Positions 27,138 to 37,175 of a DNA stretch of 64,000 nt are shown piece by piece. This stretch comes from Clostridiales bacterium (GTDB lineage Bacteria; Bacillota; Clostridia; Christensenellales; UBA3700). Location of the stretch: contig JAAVHS010000027.1 of assembly GCA_014799575.1 (NCBI GenBank), positions 24,539-88,538 of the forward strand, given 5' to 3'. Numbering within the stretch: the first letter of the stretch is position 1; each line of letters starts with the position of its first letter. The notes under the pieces were generated by a model. The model saw nothing but the letters and a program-made list of their open reading frames with translations. It was not told the origin of the DNA and did not search any database. The position numbers and the translations under genes were made by a program.

Positions 27138-28529
27138 GTGGGTATGGAGAGATTAGTTTCGCGCAGAAAAGTTTTGATAGCGATAATCGCACTCATGGGC
27201 GTACTTGTGTTGAGTATGCTGACGGGCTGTTCTCAAGTTGACCCTGAATACGATTTGGTAAAGAATCGCGGCGAGTACGGAGATTTGGTCTTTGAAAATA
27301 TGCAGTATTTGGCGGACAATTATCCCGACAGGTCTATGGGCGCGGAAGGGGAATTGAATGCGGCGCAATATCTTGCATCCAAATTAGCGTCTTTCGGATA
27401 TACTAGCGAGTATTCTTCCGACGAAGGAGTAGGCTTGCAAAGGTTTAGGATAAACAACACCAGATACGACGGCACGACATTGTCGGATATTCACGTATAC
27501 AACGTAATCTTCACCAAGAAAGCGGCGGGCGAGTCCAAGGGCGTAATATTGCTTTCGACGCAGTATGACAATCTCTATCAAGAGAAGACGGGCGACGAGA
27601 TGTGGAGAGCCGACGGCAGTTACGAGAGCGGAAGCGGTACGGCTACGTTGCTTGCGCTTGCCGAGTTAATGAGCAATATCGAATGTTCTTACGACGTAAC
27701 TTTTGCGTTTTTCACAGGCGGTAGTTACGGCTGGCAAGGGGCGAGCCAATACGTCGCCAACTTAAAGAGCGCCGACCGTGAAAATATTAAACTCAATATC
27801 AATTTTTCAATGTTGGGCGGAGGCGACAATCTCTATTTGTATTCGGGCGAGTACGCGACGGATTTCGGCGGATATATGCGTAGCGCAAGCGACGGACTTA
27901 CGCCCAACCCAAAGGACAAAAACGTCGCGCCTTTCATCATGGAAAATTATCCTATGTACGCATTTTCCAATATCGGCATGATTGGCAATCAATATTTCCT
28001 TATGAATAGAAACGTGCCGACCGTCAATTATAAGTCGCACAATTGGTCTTGCAAAGAAAATCCCGTTATGACGGAGATGCAAGGAAAAGCCAACGTATAT
28101 CATACTCAAAACGACACTTTGGCAATGATGATAGAGAGAAAGGGCGAAGAGAGTATAAAGTCGATGTTGAACGACGTCGTCAATTCCGTACTCAACGCTT
28201 TGAGCAAAGACAATGCGGTTGCGCTCGACAGCGCGCTTACGTTGTCAAAAGGACAAGTCGAGAGCAAAGGTCAGAATTCTCAAGCCGCTGCAGTGACTTC
28301 TATTGCAATTAAACTCGTTGCGGTAGCAATATTCTTCGGTATCGCGCTTACGGTCAGGAACTATATCAGGAAGAACCGTAATCTTTATATCAAGCAAAAA
28401 CCTGTCGAGGAAGACGTGGTTAAGCCGTTTGACTTCGACACCTATCCCAAGAAAGACGAAAGCAAGGACGATGACGATGATTTTGACGGCGACGACGGCA
28501 AAAATCAGCCTTACGACCCGTTCGTTTGA
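27138..28529 (+). CDS. M28 peptidase-like lipoprotein, catalytic residues apparently substituted
   Basis: Lipobox LSMLTGC. M28-like blocks are DRSMGAEGELNAAQYLASKL, GVILLSTQYDNLY, ESGSGTATLLALAEL and FAFFTGGSYGWQGASQYV. A C-terminal TM is followed by an acidic tail. The start is uncertain (GTG 27138 or ATG 27144). Confidence 0.5.
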   Translation: MGMERLVSRRKVLIAIIALMGVLVLSMLTGCSQVDPEYDLVKNRGEYGDLVFENMQYLADNYPDRSMGAEGELNAAQYLASKLASFGYTSEYSSDEGVGLQRFRINNTRYDGTTLSDIHVYNVIFTKKAAGESKGVILLSTQYDNLYQEKTGDEMWRADGSYESGSGTATLLALAELMSNIECSYDVTFAFFTGGSYGWQGASQYVANLKSADRENIKLNINFSMLGGGDNLYLYSGEYATDFGGYMRSASDGLTPNPKDKNVAPFIMENYPMYAFSNIGMIGNQYFLMNRNVPTVNYKSHNWSCKENPVMTEMQGKANVYHTQNDTLAMMIERKGEESIKSMLNDVVNSVLNALSKDNAVALDSALTLSKGQVESKGQNSQAAAVTSIAIKLVAVAIFFGIALTVRNYIRKNRNLYIKQKPVEEDVVKPFDFDTYPKKDESKDDDDDFDGDDGKNQPYDPFV

Positions 28530-28636
28530 TAAAAAACAAAAAAAATTAGTATTTTTTGTTAAAAATTTTGCTAAATCACTTTATTTTTGCAAAAAAAAAT
28601 TATATTATAATAAGGAAGTAAATTAAGGAGTCGTTT

Positions 28637-29452
28637 ATGGAGCATCCTGCTTGGGTCATTTTAGATATAGTAATAACGCTTGTGGTAGCAATTGCTTTGC
28701 TTACTTTCTTCTCGAGAAGAAACTCTCATCGTATGGCAATTATTACCGCTGTTTACGCCGTTGTATATCTAGCGATTTTGTTGCTCAACCAAAAGTGGAG
28801 TAACATCGGCTACATTGCTTTGGAAGTGCTCAGATTCTTTAACATCTTCTGGATAGTTGCTACGGTAGAAGTTTACCGTTCAGACTTGAAAATATTTATG
28901 AGTAAGCTTGCAAGAAGGCAGAAAGTCAAATACGGCTATACCACTACCGACGAACAGCTTCTCGTATCCGCTACGGAGATAGTCAAGGCTTGTCAGAATA
29001 TGGCAAAGAACGACGTCGGCGCGCTCATCATTATCGCTCCCACGGAAATTCCAGCGCATATCCTTGATACGGGCACGGCATTGGACGCTACAATCTCTTG
29101 CGGACTTTTGGAAAGTATTTTCAGCACGAAAGGACCTTTGCACGACGGCGCGATAGTCGTGCTCGGCGATAGAATTATTTCCGCAGGTTGCTTCTTGCCG
29201 CTCTCGCAGGAAGTTACGCTCGCAAAGGAACTCGGCACACGTCACAGAGCGGCAATCGGTATCACCGAAGAGAGCGACGTATTCGCAATCGTAGTCAGCG
29301 AAGAAAGCGGTATTATCAGCGTCGTACAAGGCGGAACGATCAAGAGATATATGACCCCTGAAAAATTGCTTGAAGAGATAAAGGTCATATACAGAATAAG
29401 TTCGCAGTCGGCTGCGGTGCGTAAAGAAAGGAAATTCCTTAAAAAGTCGTAA
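28637..29452 (+). CDS. cdaA: diadenylate cyclase CdaA
   Basis: Three N-terminal TMs plus DisA_N motifs GALIIIAP, LHDGAIVV and GTRHRAAIGITEESDVFAIVVSEESG. Confidence 0.9.
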   Translation: MEHPAWVILDIVITLVVAIALLTFFSRRNSHRMAIITAVYAVVYLAILLLNQKWSNIGYIALEVLRFFNIFWIVATVEVYRSDLKIFMSKLARRQKVKYGYTTTDEQLLVSATEIVKACQNMAKNDVGALIIIAPTEIPAHILDTGTALDATISCGLLESIFSTKGPLHDGAIVVLGDRIISAGCFLPLSQEVTLAKELGTRHRAAIGITEESDVFAIVVSEESGIISVVQGGTIKRYMTPEKLLEEIKVIYRISSQSAAVRKERKFLKKS

Positions 29453-29459
29453 ATCAACC

Positions 29460-29495
29460 ACACCACTCATACGCAAAAGCAGAGTGGTGTTTTTC
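29460..29495 (+). terminator. rho-independent terminator after cdaA
   Basis: ACACCACTC-13 nt-GAGTGGTGT followed by TTTTT. Confidence 0.7.
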
Positions 29496-29508
29496 TATAC
29501 CTAAAAGG

Positions 29509-30717
29509 ATGAATATGAAAGAGATTATCAAAGTACCCAAGATTTTGTTGCCCAAAGAGCATATCGACAAAAGCAAGTGGAGCGTTATCGCTTGCGACCA
29601 ATTCACCTCTCAACCCGACTATTGGGAGAAACTTGCTGATTTCGTAGGCGATTCGCCCTCGACGCTGAGCATTATTTTCCCCGAAGTATATTTGGAAGGC
29701 AAGGATAAGCAAGAGCGAATTAAGGCTATCAACGACAATATGTCGAGTTATCTCAAAGGCGGAATATTCGACGAATTCGAAGGCTTTATCTTGGTGGAGA
29801 GGACTACGCCCGACGGAGAGAAAAGACTTGGTCTTGTAATATCCGTAGACCTTGAAGAATACGACTATACGCCCGAGAACAACGCTTTGATTAAAGCGAC
29901 GGAAAAGACGGTCATCGACAGGCTACCGCCGAGAATTGAAGTAAGAAAAGGCGCGTGCTTAGAACTTCCTCATATAATGATGCTTATGGACGACGCGAAG
30001 AAAAGCATTATCGAAGGACTTTACGAGAGAAGAGAGAATTTTGAAGTGGCGTACGACTTTACGCTCAATATGGGCGGCGGTCGCATCAAAGGCTACAAGA
30101 TTACCGACTGTCAGCCTATTATTGCGCAATTGTATTCGTTGCTCGACAAGCCGATACTATTTGCGGTGGGCGACGGCAATCACTCTTTGGCGACGGCAAA
30201 AGAGTGTTGGAACAATATCAAAAAGACGCTTTCTAAAGACGAGCAATCTTCTCACCCTGCAAGATACGCGTTGTGCGAACTTGTCAATCTCCACGACAAT
30301 TCTTTGCAATTCCAACCTATCCACAGAGTGGTAATGGGAGTGGACGAAGACTTTATAGACTATATGAGCAAAGGATTAGAGGGCAAGTCGCAAGTTAAAG
30401 TCATTTTTAAGGATAAAGAGTATAAGTGGAACGTATCGGCAAATCCCAGCGACGCAATCGCGGATATTCAGCATCTAATGGACGAATACGCCAAGACGCG
30501 CAAGGATATGGTAATCGACTATATTCACGGCGACAACCATTTGCAGGAAGTGTCGCGCGCGATAAACGGCGTGGGAGTATTTATGCCATGCCTTGCGAAA
30601 GAAGGTTTGTTCGACTACGTCGCAAGACGCGGAGTGTTGCCTAGAAAGTCATTTTCAATGGGACACGCAGAAGATAAGAGATATTATCTTGAATGTCGTC
30701 AAATTTTGAATAATTGA
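29509..30717 (+). CDS. DUF1015 family protein
   Basis: 402 aa. The N-terminus is VPKILLPKE...KWSVIACDQFTSQP, and conserved blocks include ATEKTVIDRLPPRIEVRKGACLELPHIMML and GDGNHSLATAK. Confidence 0.7.
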   Translation: MNMKEIIKVPKILLPKEHIDKSKWSVIACDQFTSQPDYWEKLADFVGDSPSTLSIIFPEVYLEGKDKQERIKAINDNMSSYLKGGIFDEFEGFILVERTTPDGEKRLGLVISVDLEEYDYTPENNALIKATEKTVIDRLPPRIEVRKGACLELPHIMMLMDDAKKSIIEGLYERRENFEVAYDFTLNMGGGRIKGYKITDCQPIIAQLYSLLDKPILFAVGDGNHSLATAKECWNNIKKTLSKDEQSSHPARYALCELVNLHDNSLQFQPIHRVVMGVDEDFIDYMSKGLEGKSQVKVIFKDKEYKWNVSANPSDAIADIQHLMDEYAKTRKDMVIDYIHGDNHLQEVSRAINGVGVFMPCLAKEGLFDYVARRGVLPRKSFSMGHAEDKRYYLECRQILNN

Positions 30718-30787
30718 TATTTTTTTGCTTGCCAAAAGTCTATCGGCAATGTAAAATATTGTTAAAGTAAATTATAAGAGGTACGGT

Positions 30788-32107
30788 ATGTCTATTACTG
30801 TCGTCAAGTTTGGCGGTACGTCAATGGCTGACGCTAAATCAATCACGCAAGTTGCCAACATAATTAAGCAAGACCCAAAACGCAGATACGTCGTTGTATC
30901 CGCTCCGGGCAAGAGATTTTCACAAGACCACAAGATTACGGATATGCTTTACGCTTGCTATCACGATTTGCAGATAAACGGCGAGTGCAAGGCTACTTTT
31001 GATAAGATTAGAGAGAGATTCAAGGGTATCGTCAATGATTTGCGACTTGACCTTGATATCGACGCTTATTTAGACCAAGTCGAAAGCGATATGCAAAAAT
31101 ACAATTCGGCTGAGTTCTGCGCGTCGCGCGGAGAATACTTGTCGGCGGTAATCGTCGCAAAGACTTTGGGCTATACCTTCATTGACGCCAAGGATATTAT
31201 GATATTCACGGAAAACGGCGACTTCGACGCTGAAAACACCAACGAGAAAGTCAAGAGCGTATTGAGCAAAATCGACAGAGCAGTCGTTCCCGGTTTTTAC
31301 GGCGGAGATAGTGCAGGTATCGTGCATACGTTCAGCAGAGGCGGTTCGGACGTATCGGGCGCGGTAATCGCTCGCGCAGTCAACGCGGCTTTGTACGAGA
31401 ACTGGACTGACGTCAACGGCTTTATGTCGGCTGACCCGCGTATCGTGGAAAATCCAAGACCTATTGCAAAACTATCTTACAAGGAATTGCGCGAACTTGC
31501 GTATATGGGCGCGAACGTGCTTCATCCCGAATCTATTTTCCCAGTAAGAGTAAGCAATATACCTATCAACATTCGCAATACGTTCAATCCGTCCGCGGCA
31601 GGCACGATGATTGTTGCCGAACTTGATGAGGCTGAACTCAAAGACAGAGTAATCACGGGTATTGCGGGAAAGAAAGGTTATAGCATAATCAATATCGAAA
31701 AATCTATGATGAACAGCGAACTCGGCTTTGTCCGCAAAGTCCTTGCAGTGCTTGAGTATTACAACATATCTTTCGAGCATTTGCCCACGGGCATCGACAC
31801 AATGAGTATTGTCGTCGCTGAAAACGAACTTGCAGGTAAAGAAGAAGTCGTAGTAGAGAGAATTAAGAAAGTCGTTGCGCCTGACCATATCGAGATAAAG
31901 AGCGGAATATCGCTTGTCGCAACCGTCGGTCACGGTATGTCTTACAAGCCGGGTACGGCTTCGGCATTGTGCGGCGCGCTTGCAAAAGCCAATATCAATA
32001 TTCGTATGATTGACCAAGGTTCGAGCGAACTCAATATTATCGTAGGTATCTCGACCGCAGATTACGAAAAGGCGATAGTAGCCATCTATAAGGCTTTTGA
32101 AAAGTAA
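30788..32107 (+). CDS. aspartate kinase
   Basis: VVKFGGTSMAD, VVVSAPG, GGSDVSGA, and a C-terminal ACT-like region. The upstream promoter is TTGCCA-17-TAAAAT. Confidence 0.9.
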   Translation: MSITVVKFGGTSMADAKSITQVANIIKQDPKRRYVVVSAPGKRFSQDHKITDMLYACYHDLQINGECKATFDKIRERFKGIVNDLRLDLDIDAYLDQVESDMQKYNSAEFCASRGEYLSAVIVAKTLGYTFIDAKDIMIFTENGDFDAENTNEKVKSVLSKIDRAVVPGFYGGDSAGIVHTFSRGGSDVSGAVIARAVNAALYENWTDVNGFMSADPRIVENPRPIAKLSYKELRELAYMGANVLHPESIFPVRVSNIPINIRNTFNPSAAGTMIVAELDEAELKDRVITGIAGKKGYSIINIEKSMMNSELGFVRKVLAVLEYYNISFEHLPTGIDTMSIVVAENELAGKEEVVVERIKKVVAPDHIEIKSGISLVATVGHGMSYKPGTASALCGALAKANINIRMIDQGSSELNIIVGISTADYEKAIVAIYKAFEK

Positions 32108-32140
32108 ACTATAATATTGATAATATATTTATATATAATT

Positions 32141-32167
32141 AAAGGCGAAGAAGTTCTTCGCCTTTTT
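32141..32167. terminator. bidirectional terminator
   Basis: AAAGGCGAAGAA-g-TTCTTCGCCTTT followed by TT, between convergent genes. Confidence 0.7.
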
Positions 32168-32191
32168 ATTTATCTTTAATGATATTCCTTG

Positions 32192-33052
32192 TCACATAAT
32201 GTAGTAGAACAATTCGCTTGGTGACATAAAGCAGAAACTTACGAGTGAAAGCAACACGACGACAGCGACTTGATGCAGCGCGTATACCCAAATTGCGATT
32301 TTACCCCAAAAGGAAAAGGGCTTATGCCAATCGTATTTACCCAGCCACGGCAAGAGCGATTTTTTCTTGGGATAGAGGAAAATCGCGAGCGACGAGCCTA
32401 TCAGCATATATCCCGTCGTGGGGAAGATAGGATAGTAGTCGGCGGAAGAGAAATTTCTCGGGTCGCCGAGCATAAATTCTCCGAGGAAGTAGAAAGTATT
32501 GTTGTCCGTAAAAGCTTGCTTATTCGCGGCGTAAGTAGCCATAAAGCCTTTATCCATCATTATAATCATTACGCCTAGGAAAAGGCATATTCCCGTGGTG
32601 AAGAATTTGTTGTGCATACAGATAGTGTCGATAAGCCACCAAAAGATAATCGAGAATGCAAACATATGCAGTATGCCGAACTTTATCGTGTCGTTCATCA
32701 AATAGGTGACGAGAGTGATAATCATTGCAATTATCGCGGCTTGCACGCCACGCTTGAGGTTGTTGCGCGAAAAAGAGCAGGAAATACCGCAAAGCAAAGC
32801 GAATATCCATACCACGATATGTTGAGTGGTAAGTCGCAGAGCGGAGTCTCTGTAATAATCTGCCGCAAGGTCTACGAGGTGGGAAAGAGTATCGTTGCCC
32901 ACGCTGCGCCACGCATCGCAGAAAAGAAAACCGATGTCGTACATCGTGTGGTCGAAAATCATCAAAAGTACGCATACTCCGCGCAAAAAATCCAACTCCC
33001 AAATTCTATTGGAAGACTTGGATTTTCTGTTTGCGAGCAATGCGCTTGTCAT
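32192..33052 (-). CDS. DUF1624 (heparan-alpha-glucosaminide N-acetyltransferase-like) membrane protein
   Basis: RIWELDFLRGVCVLLMIFDH at the N-terminus and multiple TMs. It starts 3 nt after the serS stop. Confidence 0.6.
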   Translation of the reverse strand: MTSALLANRKSKSSNRIWELDFLRGVCVLLMIFDHTMYDIGFLFCDAWRSVGNDTLSHLVDLAADYYRDSALRLTTQHIVVWIFALLCGISCSFSRNNLKRGVQAAIIAMIITLVTYLMNDTIKFGILHMFAFSIIFWWLIDTICMHNKFFTTGICLFLGVMIIMMDKGFMATYAANKQAFTDNNTFYFLGEFMLGDPRNFSSADYYPIFPTTGYMLIGSSLAIFLYPKKKSLLPWLGKYDWHKPFSFWGKIAIWVYALHQVAVVVLLSLVSFCFMSPSELFYYIM

Positions 33053-33055
33053 AAA

Positions 33056-34318
33056 TTAGTCGATTTTATCCACGCCCATATATTTTCTGAGCGCTTCGGG
33101 AATGATAATGCTACCGTCGGCTTGTTGGAAGTTCTCCAAAATCGCAGCCGTCGTTCTGCCTACTGCAAGACCGCTACCGTTGAGCGTATGCACCAACTTG
33201 ACCTTGCCGTCTTTATCTCTATATCTGATGCTTGCGCGTCTGGCTTGGAAGTCCTCATAGTCCGAGCAAGACGAAATCTCCACGTATCTATTATAAGAAG
33301 GCATCCACACTTCGATGTCGTATGTCTTTGCCGAGCCAAAGCCCAAATCGCCCGTGCATAGGCAGACCACTCTATAAGGAATACCGAGAAGTTGAAGGAT
33401 TTTTTCCGCGCTGTTCGTCAAATGTTCGAGTTCCGCATAACTTGTTTCCGGAGTAGTGAACTTGACGAGTTCAACTTTGTTGAATTGGTGTTGACGGATA
33501 AGACCTCTCGTATCTCTTCCCGCGCTACCCGCTTCGCCTCTGAAACATGCGGTGTACGCGCAGTAGTAGATAGGAAGATTTTCGTAAGGTATGATTTCCT
33601 CTCTATGCAAGTTGGTAACAGGCACTTCCGCGGTCGGGACGAGATAGAAGTCTTGACCTTCGTTGTTGACGTAGTACATATCTTCGGCGAATTTGGGGAG
33701 TTGTCCCGTGCCTATCATAGCGTTTTTATTTACCATATAAGGGGGGAAGACTTCCGTATAGCCCGCGCTCGTGTGAGTGTCGAGCATAAAGTTGTAAATA
33801 GCGCGCTCCAATCTTGCGCCCAAACCCTTGTATACCGTAAATCTTGCGCCCGAAATCTTGCTTGCTCTCGGCCAATCGCACAGGTCTTTTTCTTCGGCGA
33901 TATCCCAGTGCGCTTTCGGCTCGAAATCGAACTTGGTCGGTTCGCCCCATCTTCTTACTTCGACGTTGTCGTCGCTGTCGCTACCGATAGGAACTTCCTT
34001 GTTGGGCAAGTTGGGGATAGTGAGCATAATTTCGCTTATTTTCGCCTCAACCTCGTTAAGTCTTGCGTCAAGCGCCTTGATTTCCTCGCCAAGCGCTTTC
34101 ATCTCGGCAATCTTCGCGCCCTTCTCGTCGCCTTTGAGCGAGGGGATAAGTTTGGAAACCGCGTTCTTGGTCGCCTTTCTCTGTTCGGTGTCTTGAATGA
34201 GGTTCTTTCTCTCCTCGGCAAGTTCGCCAAGTCCCTCTAAGTCGAACTTACCGCTTCTGTTGGCAAGTCTTTGCTTTACTTCTTCAATGTTTTCACATAC
34301 AAATTTCAAATCTAACAT
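33056..34318 (-). CDS. serS: seryl-tRNA synthetase
   Basis: N-terminal coiled-coil arm ([21 protein letters not shown]...) and class II core ([30 protein letters not shown]). Confidence 0.95.
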   Translation of the reverse strand: MLDLKFVCENIEEVKQRLANRSGKFDLEGLGELAEERKNLIQDTEQRKATKNAVSKLIPSLKGDEKGAKIAEMKALGEEIKALDARLNEVEAKISEIMLTIPNLPNKEVPIGSDSDDNVEVRRWGEPTKFDFEPKAHWDIAEEKDLCDWPRASKISGARFTVYKGLGARLERAIYNFMLDTHTSAGYTEVFPPYMVNKNAMIGTGQLPKFAEDMYYVNNEGQDFYLVPTAEVPVTNLHREEIIPYENLPIYYCAYTACFRGEAGSAGRDTRGLIRQHQFNKVELVKFTTPETSYAELEHLTNSAEKILQLLGIPYRVVCLCTGDLGFGSAKTYDIEVWMPSYNRYVEISSCSDYEDFQARRASIRYRDKDGKVKLVHTLNGSGLAVGRTTAAILENFQQADGSIIIPEALRKYMGVDKID

Positions 34319-34354
34319 ATATTTACTCCGTTTCCCGATGGGGAAGTTGATTGT

Positions 34355-36790
34355 TTATTTGCAGACTATATTGACAAGGCGTTTCGGTATTACGATAACC
34401 TTGACGATATTGAGTCCTTGCGTTGCGCTCTTGATAAGTTCGTTGTCAAGGGCGATACTTTCGATAGTCTTGTTGTCGGCGTCGTTGGGAACGACGATTT
34501 TTGCTTTCATACGGCTGTTGACTTGCACGGCTAGTTCATACTCGTCTTTTATCAAAGCCTTTTCGTCGCAGACGGGGTAGGACGTGTCGAATACCGAATA
34601 TTTTCCGCCCATCTTTTCATTGAGTTCCTCGGCGATATGAGGTACGAACGGCGCAAGCAAAAGCACGAGGTCTTTTATACAGTCTTTGAAGAATTTTACG
34701 TTCTTCTCGCTATTAGCGTTGTCGTACTTGTAAAGGTCGTTGACGTATTCCATAATACGCGCCACGGCGGTATTGAACGAGAACGCTTTCATATCTTCAG
34801 ACACTCTCTTTATCGTGTAGTTTCTCGTATAGTTGAGAGCCTTTTCCTCGGCGTTCATCTTGTCGCTTCCACCGCTCAAAGACATCGACTTGTCGACGAT
34901 TCTTTCCACTCTTTCCAAGAACTTGGTAATGGATTCCATACCCGTTGCGCTCCACGGACCGCCCTCGATATAACTGAAACCGAACATGAGGTAAAGTCTG
35001 AACGCATCCGAACCGAACTTGCTGACGTAGTCGTCGGGGGATATGATATTGCCGCGACTCTTTGACATCTTGAATCCGTCGGGGCCGAGTATTGTGCCTT
35101 GGTGTACGAGCGACTTGAAAGGCTCGTCAAATTTGAGATAGCCCATATCTCTGAGCGCTTTGGTGAAGAAACGCGCGTAGAGCAAGTGCATGCAAGCGTG
35201 TTCCGCTCCGCCGACGTACTTATCGACAGGCAACATCTTGTTGATAATCTCGGGGTCGAAAGCCATCTTGTCGTTGTGCGCGTCGGGGTATCTGAGATAA
35301 TACCAACTCGAACATACGAAAGTGTCCATCGTGTCGGGGTCTCTTCTTGCCTTGCCGCCGCACTTGGGGCAGGTCGTATTCATAAACTCTTCGCAACTTG
35401 CAAGCGGAGATTTGCCGTTGGGTTTGAACTCCACGTTGTAGGGAAGACTTACGGGCAAGTCCTTTTCGGGTACGGGTATTTCGCCGCACTTGTCGCAGTA
35501 GACGATAGGTATCGGCGCGCCCCAATATCTTTGACGGGATATTAGCCAGTCGCGAAGTCTGTAATTGGTCTTCAACTGTCCTTGATTGCTCTCTTCAAGC
35601 CACTTGACGATTGCGACCTTACCGTCTTGCGAGGTCATTCCGTCGAACTTAGTATTCGTATTGCAAATAATACCGTAATCGCAGAAAGGCAAGTCGTCGT
35701 TTTTGCCGTCGGCAGACTTGACGACTCTCTTGATTTGGAGATTGAATTTCTTTGCGAAGTCGTAGTCTCTTTCGTCGTGCGCCGCAACGCCCATTACCGC
35801 GCCCGTACCGTAAGAGTAGAGCACGTAGTCGCCTATCCAAATGGGCACTCTGTCTCCGTTGACGGGGTTGATACAGTACGCGCCTGTGAAGACGCCCGTC
35901 TTTTCTCTCGTCGTGGAAAGTCTTTCGATTTCCGTCGCCTTTGAACATTCGAGTTTATAATCCTCGACGGCTTGCTTTTGCTCTTTCGTGGTAATCTTGT
36001 CGACGAGCGGATGCTCGGGAGCGAGTATGACGTAAGATACGCCGAATACCGTGTCCGCGCGAGTGGTGAATACTTTGAACTTATCTCCGCTTTCGCAGGC
36101 GAATTCTATCTCTCCGCCCGAAGATTTGCCAATCCAGTTTCTTTGCATAGCCTTTGTCTTTTCAGGCCAATCTATCGTGTCAAGACCTTGGAGAAGTTCC
36201 TCGGCGTATTGCGTGATTTTGAAAAACCACTGCGTGAGATTTTTTCTTAGCACGGTCGTCTTACATCTCTCGCACGCGCCGTCCACGACTTGCTCGTTGG
36301 CGAGCACGGTATTACAGGACGGACACCAGTTGACGGGCGCTTCTTTTCTGTAAGCAAGTCCGTTCTTGTAGAGTTGCAAGAATATCCACTGCGTCCATTT
36401 GTAGTAGTCGGGCATACAAGTCTTGATTTCGTAGTCCCAGTCGAACGACGCGCCCATCGCTTTCAACTGTCCTTCCATAGTAGCGATGTTTTTAAGCGTG
36501 CTGTCTTCAGGGTGAATACCTGATTTTATCGCATAGTTTTCGGCAGGAAGACCGAAAGCGTCAAAGCCCATAGGCTGGAAAACTTCCTTGCCGTTCATTC
36601 TCATAAAGCGAGCGTAACTGTCCGTCGGTCCGTAGTTGTACCAGTGACCTGCGTGCAATTTTGCGCCGGAAGGATAAGAAAACATCTCGAGGACGTAATA
36701 CTTGTCTTTGATTTTGGACTTGTCAAAAGAGTAGAGTTTCGTATCCGCCCACTTCTTTTGCCACTTCTTTTCAATATTGATAAAATCCAT
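34355..36790 (-). CDS. leuS: leucyl-tRNA synthetase
   Basis: [14 protein letters not shown], a HIGH-like motif ([11 protein letters not shown]) and a KMSKS motif (FKMSKSRGN). Confidence 0.95.
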   Translation of the reverse strand: MDFINIEKKWQKKWADTKLYSFDKSKIKDKYYVLEMFSYPSGAKLHAGHWYNYGPTDSYARFMRMNGKEVFQPMGFDAFGLPAENYAIKSGIHPEDSTLKNIATMEGQLKAMGASFDWDYEIKTCMPDYYKWTQWIFLQLYKNGLAYRKEAPVNWCPSCNTVLANEQVVDGACERCKTTVLRKNLTQWFFKITQYAEELLQGLDTIDWPEKTKAMQRNWIGKSSGGEIEFACESGDKFKVFTTRADTVFGVSYVILAPEHPLVDKITTKEQKQAVEDYKLECSKATEIERLSTTREKTGVFTGAYCINPVNGDRVPIWIGDYVLYSYGTGAVMGVAAHDERDYDFAKKFNLQIKRVVKSADGKNDDLPFCDYGIICNTNTKFDGMTSQDGKVAIVKWLEESNQGQLKTNYRLRDWLISRQRYWGAPIPIVYCDKCGEIPVPEKDLPVSLPYNVEFKPNGKSPLASCEEFMNTTCPKCGGKARRDPDTMDTFVCSSWYYLRYPDAHNDKMAFDPEIINKMLPVDKYVGGAEHACMHLLYARFFTKALRDMGYLKFDEPFKSLVHQGTILGPDGFKMSKSRGNIISPDDYVSKFGSDAFRLYLMFGFSYIEGGPWSATGMESITKFLERVERIVDKSMSLSGGSDKMNAEEKALNYTRNYTIKRVSEDMKAFSFNTAVARIMEYVNDLYKYDNANSEKNVKFFKDCIKDLVLLLAPFVPHIAEELNEKMGGKYSVFDTSYPVCDEKALIKDEYELAVQVNSRMKAKIVVPNDADNKTIESIALDNELIKSATQGLNIVKVIVIPKRLVNIVCK

Positions 36791-36852
36791 AATTTGCTCC
36801 GCGACTAGTAGTAATGTAGTTACTAGATAATTATAATTAAAGTATTACATAT

Positions 36853-36881
36853 ATAATATTACTCGTTGGAAGTCTTGTCAA
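36853..36881 (-). promoter_or_regulatory. candidate promoter of the leuS-serS operon
   Basis: On the minus strand, TTGACA (36881-36876), 17 nt, TATTAT (36858-36853), about 60 nt upstream of the leuS ATG. Confidence 0.45.
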
Positions 36882-37005
36882 GCAAAAACGTATTTTTGCC
36901 TGACACGTACAATCCAATCAAGCGAACGCGTCGCTTTCCGCGTTCGTATTTATAAAAATTATCGAATTTTGGAAGATTATTTCAAAATATGTCAAAAAAT
37001 TCCAA

Positions 37006-37136
37006 GAAAAGTATACATTTCCTGACCGAAGAATTTCGACACTGAGAAGTCAAAATTCGCGATAATTAGACATGTATATCATAACATATCATAATTTTTT
37101 ATTCAAGTCATTTCAGTCAGGAAATGTATACTTTTC
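37006..37136. repeat. perfect 21-bp inverted repeats flanking an 89-bp segment
   Basis: GAAAAGTATACATTTCCTGAC (37006-37026) is the exact reverse complement of 37116-37136. The repeat sequence itself is certain; its function is open (see findings). Confidence 0.85.
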
Positions 37137-37175
37137 CTGACTAGGCAAAAAATCGGATAAAAATCGAGGTGTAAA

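Noticed and set aside
30718-30787. Lysine (L-box) riboswitch ahead of the aspartokinase gene.
   Set aside because: The intergenic region is only 70 nt and is occupied by a promoter and RBS. There is no room for the ~180-nt aptamer.
33392-34240. Long ORFs antisense to, or out of frame with, well-supported genes. Examples are 33392-34240 opposite serS, 630-1391, 3676-4440, 4065-4664, 32612-33361, 35099-35545, 41076-41756, 42660-43298, 44432-45514, 53404-54213, 58828-59856 and 28880-29476.
   Set aside because: Each lies entirely within a longer ORF that has clear family motifs. Their translations are low-complexity or R/S/L-rich, with no start context or recognisable motif. These are typical shadow ORFs.
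36791-37005. T-box riboswitch upstream of leuS, and the stem CGAACGCG-tcgctttc-CGCGTTCG at 36924-36947.
   Set aside because: There is no T-box consensus or specifier-loop architecture, and the leader is too short. The stem looks like an isolated hairpin.
36988-37044. 18-aa ORF (MSKNSKKSIHFLTEEFRH) crossing the left inverted repeat.
   Set aside because: It has no convincing RBS and is very short. It is more likely a by-product of the repeat sequence.
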